A DNA stretch of 64,000 bases from Balanoglossus misakiensis. Lineage: Eukaryota; Animalia; Hemichordata. The notes beneath the pieces are model-generated. The model saw only the letters and a list, made by a program, of their open reading frames with translations, ran no database searches and had not been told where the DNA came from. The stretch lies in NCBI GenBank assembly GCA_040954595.2, contig CM082585.2, forward strand, positions 3,316,902-3,380,901, in the 5' to 3' direction. This document shows, piece after piece, positions 1-12,326 of this stretch. Within the stretch, counting starts at the first letter, position 1. Every line of letters begins with the position of its first letter. Both the position numbers and the translations under genes were made by a program.

Positions 1-451
1 TCATTAAAAGACCTCTACGTGGAAATTGGCTTGGATTTCAACAAGTCGGAAAATCAACAAGAGAAGGAATCCAATGGTGATTTGATAAGCGGTCAGGATG
101 AAGAAGCTGCTAAGAATCGCTGTACAGAACAGTTCAAGAGAAACGCAAGTAAAGTGGTGCATGAAGACAGTCAGGAACTACGGAAAATATGTGAAAAGTC
201 GACAACTGGAATCCATCGAGTGCCAACTTTAAGTCTAGGGTCCCTTGGAATGAAAGTCAACTTTCTCTCGGCTGTAAATCTCTATAGATTTAGGTCCAGC
301 TGTCAGACTGGTAGATTTTGTTCTGCTCTTGAACCGCTGTTGATCAATGATGAAATGAGAATGGAGGTCGCGATAGTGAACATGCCGGTTAAACTAGTAG
401 CCACATATGACCAGAAAAAGTTCAGCGACATTGACCATTTCTTTATCAAAC
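1..451 (+). CDS. NLR gene exon (runs off window start), TRADD-N-like domain
   Basis: Frame open from base 1. [39 protein letters not shown] fits the GS-h..S..L..h....G.h...L...Lh pattern of metazoan TRADD-N-like domains. Donor C|gtaagt at 452, phase 1. Confidence 0.6.
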
Positions 452-3400
452 GTAAGTAAAAGTACGAAGTCGTGAATAACTTGAAACTGCCATGCATTCT
501 ATATCAGATTTTTATCGCTGGTATTATGGCGTCATGCGAATATCTACTGTCTTTTTGTATGCCAGTTAAATGATGTAATTCTACCACTATCATTTACAAG
601 GTAATTAACTGGTGCATGATAAATAGTCAATATATTATCTCAATGCTGTTTGTAAAACAGGAGACGGAGGAGTTCCAAACGAAGCTCAAATCAATGAGGG
701 TCGACAAGATAATTTGAGAGGTGGAGAAACATTCCCATCAGACACATGTGTGAGTATCCATATCAGGCATGGTTTCAATCATCCAAATACCAATTTACTC
801 GCTCAACCTGAATGTTTAAGAATTGTAGTAAAAAGTTTAAGTTTGAAAACCACTGAAAAATCAAACCAGGATCTCGATGTTTTATGACGATACCTTTGCG
901 TTTAAGGCGTATGAAGTTACTGTGAGAGGCACACTTTACTTCTTCAAGAAATGTGGTGGAAAATGACAATTCCCCCTATTTATTATTTTTTTAAAGTGTT
1001 GTCATAGGAATCATATTATAAAATAGCCTTACACATTACATAACTATTTGTAGGACCACACAAATCCATTAAGGATTTTTTAGTTGTAATACATAATATT
1101 CACCACACAAATTAACCCATTTATAGCATTTTGGAGTTCGCATAATATGTGGTATGTTTTATACAATTATATGATGATTGTTATATACGTTTTCTTCTCG
1201 TTAAGGTCGCCGTTGATACTGTCACACTTCAACAAGACAATGAAGATGAGATATCATTGGAAGGTAGGCTACTGTGGATGGTCAATAATCTGCACAGATG
1301 ATCATGAGATTTGGTATCTTTTCACTTCATATTATTCAAAAGTAGTTTTTTTATAATCAAACTGCTTCAAAATGTAAGCTTATTGATATGGTATGGGTAA
1401 CAGATAAGTTTCGTGTCATACTTTAAATTTACGGTACCAAATATTTTGCAACCGGGTTGTGAATCTGGGTTGTCTTGAATGCTTTGCTGAGATAGAAATA
1501 TGCTGATAATGTGCTCAAATGCCAGATGAAACTGTAAGCAGACTCTGAACACTTTACTGTGTTTTGTTTTCTAAAAAATGTATTTTTGTATTCTATCCAG
1601 GTAAGCGGGGGTTATATTTGAAAATTAGCCCCTCACGTCATCAGTTGGCCGTGACACATTTGCCTCAAATTTTCAAAACTGGGCCTTGGATTCAAACTGA
1701 ACAGAGTGGAATACTTCAGACTGAAATCCAGATGACAAACAGGGTACAGAGAATCCTATTCTCAAAACAGGAAATACTTTCATTACTTGGCATTAAAGAA
1801 TTCCTTCTGACTGATACTGACTTTGAAGAGCTGGCTGTTTCAGGTAATTAACATTCTTCTCATTGGTACTGTTGTTATTAGTATTACTTTGCGTTTACTA
1901 TCTGTTGTTAGGTGCCATTGGTATGTACCATGGGACCTTATGAAATCAGTTGCGTCTGTATGTATGTATGTATGGATGGATGTATGTCAGTATGTCCGTC
2001 CACATCAAAAACTTGAAAACCGCTGCACGTATGACCTCGATATTTGGTGTGCAGATGCAGGCAGGGCTGTAGATGGGAGTTTCTTCAAATGAAGTTGTCA
2101 TTGCCAAAAATATGCAAATTAGCTGAGGAAATGTGAAATTGGTCAAAACTCAAAAACTCAACAACCTCTGGTCAGATTGATTTGAAAATTGGTTTGCATG
2201 TATCTTATGTCTACCTCAAACAGTCCTGTATTTTTTGAGCTAATATTATCAATTTTCTATTTTTATGCATTTTTGTATTTTTTCATTTGTATTGGTAAAA
2301 AATCTTCATTTCTGAAAGTGAGAGGCATACTTCTTTGAAATGTAGTACAAAGCTTCCTATAGGTTGTCTGAGTAACCATACTTTTGTTCAAATTGTTGCA
2401 AAATTTGCATATTTATAATTTTGAGCAATTTTTGCCATTTTTGGTCATTTTTCTTCTCTTAAACCACATACCATATTGCTTTGCAATTTGGTAGGCATGT
2501 TCCCAGGGTTAACCTAAGTAAGATGTTGCTAAAAAAATTCTGATATTTGCATAAATGTGTTATTGGGGACATCTTTGCAATTTTTGTCAAAAATTGTTTT
2601 CTCTGAAACCGCATGTCACATTGCATTGAACTTTGGCAGGCATGTTCCTTATAGTGATTGAAGTAAGATATTGTAAAATTTTGGTGATATTTGCATATTT
2701 GTATTTTTGTTACTTTTGAACAAATATTTTCTTTAAAACTGCTTTGAAATTTGTTTTTTCACTGATAGCTGTTTAGGATACAATTTCATAACACATACAT
2801 GTGCAACTTTTATTCAATTCTGATACCAGAAATTCTAAATATTTAGCAAGTTTTTTTGTAAGTTTCTTTGTTTTTGGTTAGCAAATCGAAAGTTACAGTT
2901 TACAAAGAGTTGTTACCCCCAACTTAAACATGTTTACATAACTTTAATAGGCCAGCTGTTACAGAGACCACCGGCTATTAAATTTCTAATTACTAGTGGC
3001 AGGTCAGTGAGCGTCTTTGTCTGTCTGTGTGTCCGTTCCAGGGCTGACTGAAAGAAGTTGCTTGTCATATGTGTTTGCACAGACAATTTTTGGTCAAAAA
3101 TATTTTTTTCTAGCACCACTTGTAAGACTGCCATGACACAGTTTATTGGGCACGTTTCTTGTTATTTTTTTTACATTCCATATTTCTATATGATAAGACC
3201 ATATCTTCTTGCAATATCACCTGTAATTTTTATTCTGGGGTATGCCTATTTCTGCGTAATTCTCAAATGGGACCACAGTGTCCTTGACACTATTTTTCTT
3301 TTCTTCAAGTTTAACTGATAAATAATTACACAACAACACTACATATTTGACGGTAGGCTTTTATGGATGATGAGTCATTTAGACAATGAAAATAAAATTT

Positions 3401-6400
3401 GACCAGGTGACGTTTAATGTTTAACAGATCTGGACATCTTTCCAATGTAATTCTATCACAGCTAGGTCCGCTGATCATGGAATGCCATTCCTATATATTT
3501 CTCATTATACGCTCTTTTGGTTAATGACTCATAGTCTGCAGAAACATAATGTCCTAAATCATTTTCATTTTTAGAAGACAAGGTACTGTCCATGTATCAT
3601 GTCTGAATAAGACAAATCACCATAGAGGTTAATTAATTACAATTATTTTGATTATATCTATCCTCAACAGAAATGGAAGAATATTTTATAAGATTTGGCA
3701 ATGTAGTTCAATCCAAGACAACCTTAAGTAAAACATGCAGTTTACTTCTTAGGAGCTTGATTCCACATGAAGTTGAGTGCTCTAGGCTAGAAATACAAAG
3801 AAGGCAGGATCGTATAGATTTAGAGGGGAAAATGATCAATGAATTGAAGTTTGAGGCAGCACGTCAGCAAGACATAATCACTAAACTTCAGGTAAATCTG
3901 TCAGCAGCAGAAAATCATGTCAAGCAGATACAGAAAGAAGCTGAAGAAAAGTCCTCTGAAAACAAGCAGTTGCAGGATAAGCTAGATAAAGCCATGCAGG
4001 AGAAAAGTTATCTGCAAGATCAGCTTCTGCAAGCAAAAACTAGTCTTAAGCAGTTGCCAGATAAATTAGATAGAGCTTTGCTGGAGAAGAGTACTTTAGC
4101 GAATCAACGAGATGATGCTAAACAGGAAAAAGACACAGTACAGGAATTTTACAAGGACAATCTCATAAAACTGGAAAAGGCAAGTGAAATGATAGTAAAA
4201 CAGAAAGTGAGTATATCAAAATTGGAATCAAAAATTAAGCAAAGTAGTGTGTCTAGAGAAGATAAAACTACCTTTATGCCACTGAGGTCTGAGATGGTTC
4301 AGAAGGAAGACTCAGAAGAACGTCCACTTCAATGGGAGGAGGATGTCATGGGAAAAGATGAACAGTCAGGTAGGAGTAAAAATAATTCATTTAATACACC
4401 GCACAAGGAGCCAGACCTGCAGGCTCATCCATACATGTAGATTGTGAAAAACCCCAAATACATGTATATGGATGGTGGGAGGTTGAAAGACAATAGACAA
4501 GGCCATATACATATGTTTCAGGTCAGGTCAACTACACACTCACACAGCTCTGCGCATAGACTTCAAAAGTCTGGAGTGATGACAACCTGTAGAAATATTT
4601 GTCCCTATTAGAAGCTACAGTGCACTGTGTCAACCATATTACTGCATCACCAGATTTGGGGATATCCTTGGTTGTCCCTAGTATCGCCACATATCACTGC
4701 ACCAGCAAAAGTGGAAACATCTCCACTCGTTCCAGCAATGCCAACATCACAATTAACAGTTTGCACACAATTAAGCTAAATCACCAGATTTTACTATATT
4801 GAGAAATGTTTCACAAATATTTATTAAGGCATGCATGCTTTAGCAGCTAGTATTTGCAGTGTGTGTCTGTGTCTGTGAAAAGCAAGATGGTATATGTCTA
4901 CAGGATTAAACAATTACATTTGAGGAAGCAATTATCCCACTCTGCGATCTGCGAACTTTATATGCTATTTCACCAATGTAGAACAGCTGTTGTGCCGAAT
5001 TCACATTTCTCTGAAAACACGATTGGAACTATTTTGGAATAATATGATTAAATTGAAAACAAAATGAGAAGTATTTGTCACCCATGGGGAGAATATTGTA
5101 ATTTGACCATTATTTAAACAAAAAATATGACAAAAACAGCGGCTACATAGTACGTGTACTACATTGTATACTGAGTATAGAGAATGTCAATTCATCCACA
5201 TGCAATTATCTCAAAATAGTTCCAATCGTGTTTGAATATCTCCCTTATACAGAAGATCACAAACATGAGCATGGACAATCCGAAGCCAAGAGAGAAGACT
5301 ACAAACCGACAGAAGAGGCTATACCTGAACTACCAAAGAGTGGAGCTGTGTCAAAGATTGGGGAATCCGATGATAAGCCAAAATCTATTGGTGACACAGA
5401 GTACATTGGTAGGAAGAGGATATTGGAAGGTGATATAAAAGGTAAGTCGAGTTATAAACACATCATCTATCATTCGAGATGTGTGATGATGATTCTTGGT
5501 GTGTTTAACTTATCTGTCAATTGTTCCATCAAAGCTAGAAGCAAAATCAACAATTTGCACTATTTCATTAATATAGCTGTCGAGCCTGCTGTGTCACCCA
5601 ATTTTTAGGTCCCATTGGTATGTACCATGGGACCTTATGGGATCGGTTGCGTTTGTATGTATGTATGTATGTATATATGTATGTATGTATGTATGTATGT
5701 GTGTATGTATGTATGTATGTATGTATGTATGTCTGTATGTCCGTCCACATCAAAAACTTGAAAACCGCTGCGCGTATGACCTCGATATTTGGTGTGTAGA
5801 TGCAGGCAGGGCTATAGATGGGAGTTTGTTCAAATGAAGTTGTCATTGCCAAAATAATGCAAATTAGCAGGGAAAATGTGAAATTGGTCAAAACTCAAAA
5901 ACTCGACAACCACTGGTCATATTGATTTGAAAATTGGTATGCATGTACCTTATGTCAACCTCATACAGTCCTGTATGTTTTGAGCTAATATTATCGATTT
6001 CCTATTTTTTATGCATTTTTTTGTATTTTTCCATGTTATTGGTAAAAAAGTCTTCATTTCTGAAAGTGATGGGCTTACTTCTTTGAAATCTAGTATGAAG
6101 CTTCCTAATAGTTGTCTGAGTAACCATAGTTTTGTTCAAATTGTTGCACAATTTGCATATTTATAATTTTGAGCAATATTTGCCATTTTTGGTCAAAAAG
6201 TTTTTTCTTTAAAACTGCATGCCAGATTGCTTTGCAATTTGGTAGGCATGTTCGTAGGGGTAACCTAAGTAATATGTTGTGAAAAAAATGTGATATTTGC
6301 ATAAATGTGTTATTGGGGAAACTTTTGCAATTTTTGTCAAAAATTGTTTTCTGAAACGGCTTGACATGTTTTCATAACTTTAATAGGCCAGCTGTTACAG

Positions 6401-9400
6401 AGACCACCAGCTATTAAATTTTTAATTACCAGTGGCAGGTCAGTGTGTGTCTGTCTGTCTGTCTGTGTGTCTGTTCCAGGGCTGACTGAAAGAAGTTGCT
6501 TCTCATATGTGTTTGTACAGACAATTTTTGGTCAAGTTTTTTTTTCTAGCACCTCTTGTCAGACTGCCATGACACATGACAGTTTATTGGGCATGTTCCT
6601 TGTTAATTGTTTTACATTCCATATTTCTATATGGTAAGATCATATCTGCTTGCAATGTCACCTGTAATTTTTATTCTGGTGTGTCACTGTTTCCGCATAA
6701 TCCTCAAATGGGACCACAGTGTCCTTGACGCTATTTTTTGAGAATTGTATTTAATAACGCATGCTGGCTCCACCAGAATTTGCAATGTGCGTCTGCAAAA
6801 GCAAGATGGGAATAGTGTCTACAGGATTAAACATACATTTAAGGAAGCAATTATCCCATTCTGCGATCTGCTTACTGTGATTATCATACAACTTTATATT
6901 CTATTTCACCAATTTAGAACAGCTGTTGTGCCCAATTCACATTTCTCTGAAAACACGATTGGAACTATTTTGGAATAATATGATTAAATTGAAAACACAA
7001 TGAGTGGTATTTGTCACCCATGGGGAGAATATTGTAATTTGACCATTTGTAGTATCCTGAACACTGTTGACCTTTGACCCGAGTTACCCAGAATTCCGCC
7101 TGTTGTTGTTGCTGCCCTTCCATGGCGGACATCTTGTGTTCACCTGAATAAAGTGTTATTAATCTGTTAACATCACGTGTATCATTGGCCATCCACGTGG
7201 ACACTATAACTGGCGACGAGGTGAAACACTCGTAGAAGGTAACCAGAACAGTTTTGATTACAATTTCATGGTGAATACTCGGAAAAATGTCCCAAGGAAA
7301 TAATGCTAACGGGAGCCACATGAAACCTATAGACATCGGAGGTCTGTCAAGTTTCAGTGTGAACGATGACCCGAACACCATTTCTCAGCGATGGAAGAAA
7401 TGGAGGAGAGCATTCGAATTGTATCTGTTAGGAAAGGGAGTAACGGACGAAGCACAGAAACGAGCATTACTGTTGCATACGGCAGGGCTGGAAGTGCAAG
7501 ACATTTATTTCACACTGATCGGTGAAGATGCAGCTGCAACGCAAAACTACAAAGAGACACTGCAAGTATTGAACGATCACTTCATTCCCAAAGCAAACGT
7601 CCCAGTTGAGAGACACATGTTCAGACAAATTATGCAGGCCAGTGATGAAACGGTCGATCAATTTGTGTGCCGACTCAGACAGAGGGCGAGTACATGTGAG
7701 TTTGCTGAGAAAGAGGATGAGCATATAAGAGACCAGCTGATCGATAAATGCTTTTCACCGCACATGCGCAGAAAACTACTTGAGAAACAGAACGCTAGTC
7801 TCAGTGACTTGTTGATGGTAGCGCATGCCCAGGAAGCCGTAGATGCTCAAATGCAGTCGATGGGAGGAAGCACACCCCAGCAACCCCAAGTAAATGCAGT
7901 TATTGGGAGGAAGCAAGGTCAAAAGAGAAATACCCCAAGCGCAGGTAGGAAACGCTTCGGTGGGAACACTTGTCATAGCTGTGGGAGACAAGGACATTTC
8001 GCGAGAGATCCTTCATGTCCAGCTAGAGGACAGAAATGCAGACATTGTGAGGAAACAGGACATTTTGTCAGAAAGTGCCCTAAGAAAATACCCGAAAGTA
8101 CACGCCAGGCAGAAAAACCCAAACGCTATCAAGGTCATGGGAGAAACAGATATGAGAAAAGTGACAATGCCAACTACATTGAAAGCGGACAATGTGAGCA
8201 GAAACCGGCATACGTGTTCACTGTTGATGAAAGTCGTAACCATGACAACGGAGTTACTTCACTGAATATCGGAGGCGTCGATGTGCCAGACGTTCTGATT
8301 GATTCAGGGGCAACCTGTAACCTGATGGGTCAACCTACATGGGAATATCTGAAAACCCAGAGAGTACGTTGTACGTCGCACAAGACCGCACGAGTACTAT
8401 TCGCCTACGGTTGTACGGAACCACTGCCAACGTTAGGTACGTTCACTGCCAATATTGCGTCACCAGATGATTTGAGGTGCACAGCTGACTTTGTCGTCAT
8501 AAAGGGCGGAGGCAGAACATTGTTATGCAGAGAGACTGCAGAACGCCTGCAACTGCTTCGCGTAGGACCCACAGAAATAAACAGCGTCAACAGGAAATCG
8601 GACGAAGACATCCGCGCAGAATACAAAGATATACTACAGGGTGTCGGACTGTTGAAAGGCTACGAACTGAAACTGAACATTGATGAATCAGTAAAACCTA
8701 TCGCGCAGCCAGTTCGCAGAATTCCATATGGGCTACGAGCAAAGGTCGATGCCAAATTGGATGAACTATTGTCAATGGGAATCATTGAAGAGATACTTGA
8801 AGGACCGACAGGTTGGGTGTCACCATTAGTCGTCGTGCCGAAGGCAGACAATGATGTCAGAATATGCGTTGACATGAGACGCGCAAATGAAGCCATAGTC
8901 CGCGAACGTCAACCGATTCCAACGGTAGATGAGCTACTGCAAGACATGCACGGCAGTACAGTTTTCAGTCATCTTGACTTGAAATGGGGCTTTCACCAGA
9001 TTCAGCTCAGTGAAGACAGCCGCCATATCACTACTTTTGCTACGCACAGAGGACTATACAGATACACACGACTGATGTTCGGTGTAAACTCTGTGCCAGA
9101 AAAGTACCAACAGATAATACGAGATGTATTTCGCGACTGCGATGGAGTCGAAAGTATTGCCGACGACGTGATAGTACACGGTAAAGATGACCATGATCAC
9201 GATGAGAAATTGTTCGCCGCTCTAAACCGCGTGAGAGAAGTTGGACTGACTCTGAACGCCGAGAAATGTAAGTTCAGAATGGCGAAGTTGACATTCTTCG
9301 GACAAGTACTGACACAGAGAGGTGTAAGTCCGAGCGAAGAGAAAGTAGATGCGATCCGAGGCGCAGAACCGCCGAAGAACGCGAGTGAGACCAGATCGTT

Positions 9401-12292
9401 CATGGGTCTTGTACAGTTCCTATCGAAATTCATTCCTGATTTGTCGTCGATAGCGGAACCAATACAGAGACTGACACGCAAAAACGTCACGTTCGAGTGG
9501 AAGACTGAACAACAGAATGCGTTCGAAAAACTGAAAGAGTTGATTACACGAGCAGAGACACTAGCATATTTTCGCATGGATTGTAACACGAGAATAGTTG
9601 CAGACGCGTCACCATACGGGTTAGGTGCGATCCTACTACAGCTACAAGATGGTGAATGGAGAGTCATATCATACGCGTCGAGGAGTCTCACAGACGTAGA
9701 ATGCCGATATAGCCCAACGGAGAAGGAAGCATTAGCGTTGGTATGGTCATGTGAGCGCTTTAACATGTACATCTTCGAGAGAGAATTTGAGCTTGAAACG
9801 GACCATAAGCCATTGGAGTGTATATTCTCCAAAAGCTCAAAACCGTCTGCCCGAATTGAAAGGTGGGTGCTGCGACTACAGGCCTACAACTTCAGAGTCG
9901 TTTATCGTCCCGGAAAAACAAACATCGCAGATGCACTGTCTAGGCTGAACACTAGAAACTACCGCGACGAGGGAGAAAGATACGACTCCGCTCGTACAGT
10001 TGTCGAAAGTAGTGTACCAATTGCTTTGACAGCGAGAGAGATTGAGCGAGAATCCGCTGCTGATCCAGAACTAAACTGTGTGAAAAACTGTGTAAAGACA
10101 GGTGACTGGAGAAACTGTAACCTGCAAGCCTATACACACGTGAAAGACGAGCTATGCACGGTGGGAGAGATACTTCTACGTGACAGCCGAATCGTCATTC
10201 CACGATCGATGCGAGATCGCGTATTGGAATTAGCACACGAAGGGCACCAGGGAATCACCAAGATGAAAACCAGATTACGCACAAAGGTGTGGTGGCCCAA
10301 GATAGACAGAGATGCTGAACGAGTTTGCAAAACTTGTCATGGATGCCAGGTGGTCGGACAGTACTCGGTACCAGAACCTATGTCCCGTGTCATACCGCCA
10401 AGTGGGCCATGGCAGGATTGTGGTGCTGACTTACTAGGACCATTACCCTCAGGAGAACACATACTAGTCATCGTAGACTACTACAGCAGATATTACGAGG
10501 TCATGATACTACGGTCGATAACGAGCGCCAAAATTATCGATGCGTTGACCCCGATATTTGTGAGATTTGGAGTGCCATATTCGCTACGCACTGACAACGT
10601 ATCCCAGTTGATATCCGACGAGTTCGAATCCTATCTGAGAGAGAACAGTATCGAACACAGAACAACGACACCATTATGGCCGCAAGCCAATGGGGAGGTC
10701 GAACGGCAGAATAGAACACTCATGAAAGCAATTCGCATTGCTCAGGTAGAATCCAAAGACTGGCAAAGAGAGCTGCAGAAGTTCTTGACAGCGTACAGGT
10801 CTACGCCACAGTCGACTACAGGAGCTACACCGTTCTATATGATGTTCAACCGCGAGATGAAATCAAAGTTACCGGAATTGCGCCGCGAACCAACGGTAAT
10901 TGATGAGGAGATCCGCGACCGTGATTGGTCTAGAAAGATAGCAGGCAAAGCTTACGCAGACACAAAACGCCATGCAACGACCAATCCAGTATCAGTTGGA
11001 GATAAAGTTTTGCTGAAGAACAACAAAAGCAACAAAATGTCGCCCAACTTCATCCCAAGCCCATACAGAGTTGTTAGCAAACAAGGAGGAGAAGTTACTG
11101 TGAGGGGTGAAGACAGAGCCGAATATAGACGCAACGTTACATTCGTGAAGAAGTACGAGGAACGCAGTACAGAAAACAAACCGGATCTGGATGTGTCACC
11201 AGTCAAGTCTGCTACGGAAAAGTCACCGGATTTGATTGCTACAGAAGTTTCAACACCAGTGAGATCCAGACCCAGTCGCGCTGCTAGAATGCCGAAACGC
11301 TTTGATGATTTTGTGATTGAGAAAGGCTAACCGTGACACTTTGTTAGCTGAATAGTGTTTTTATATGTTTCATTGCATTTTATTGTTCCAGAAAAACACT
11401 CGATAGACTCTGAAATGATTGAAACCGGACTTGAGACACTATATTCTCTATATATTTCTTTGAAAGTTCTGAGTTTGAGCGTTTCGCAACAGTGTTCATA
11501 CGTTGATTGCTATAGATTAGTTCAGTCAGGGACATATCAGTGATCTGAGAAAGGAGGGATGTAGTATCCTGAACACTGTTGACCTTTGACCCGAGTTACC
11601 CAGAATTCCGCCTGTTGTTGTTGCTGCCCTTCCATGGCGGACATCTTGTGTTCACCTGAATAAAGTGTTATTAATCTGTTAACATCACGTGTATCATTGG
11701 CCATCTACGTGGACACTATACCATTATTTAAACAAAAATATGACAAAAACAGCGGCTACATAGTACGTGTACTACATTGTATACTGAGTATAGAGAATGT
11801 CAATTCATCCACATGCAATTATCTCAAAAAAGTTCCAATCATGTTTGAATATCTCCCTTATACAGAAGATCAACAACATGAGCATGGACAATCCGAAGCC
11901 AAGAGAGAAGACTACAAACCGACAGAAGAGGCTATACCTGAACTACCAAAGAGTGGAGCTGTGTCAAAGATTGGGGAATCCGATGATAAGCCAAAATCTA
12001 TTGGTGACACAGAGTACATTGGTAGGAAGAGGATATTGGAAGGTGATATAAAAGGTAAGTCGAGTTATAAACACATCATCTATCGTTCGAGATGTGTGAT
12101 GATGATTCTTGGTGTGTTTAACTTATCTGTCAATTGTTCCATCAAAGCTAGAAGCAAAATCAACAATTTGCACTATTTCATTAATATCGCTGTCGAGCCT
12201 GCTGTGTCACCCGATTTTTAGGTCCCATTGGTATGTACCATGGGACCTTATGGGATCGGTTGCGTCTGTATGTATGTATGTATATATGTATG

Positions 12293-12326
<34 letters not shown>

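Larger units (their letters stand above)
7048..11720 (+). mobile_element. Full-length Ty3/Gypsy (Mag-like) LTR retrotransposon
   Basis: 161-bp LTRs at 7048-7208 and 11560-11720 with one mismatch. 5-bp TSD CCATT (7043-7047, 11721-11725), PBS TGGCGACGAGG at 7211, PPT GAGAAAGGAGGGA 11547-11559, single intact gag-pol ORF. Confidence 0.97.

Noticed and set aside
5568-5891. ORFs with CMYV / YIHT repeats (also ~1823-2146, 12109-12484, 56906-57162)
   Set aside because: Translations of the (TATG)n microsatellite and conserved core of the HINE-like repeat; not genes.
7467-11206. Many antisense and alternate-frame ORFs inside the retrotransposon (e.g. 9197..9832 minus)
   Set aside because: Shadows of the gag-pol reading frame with no independent motifs.
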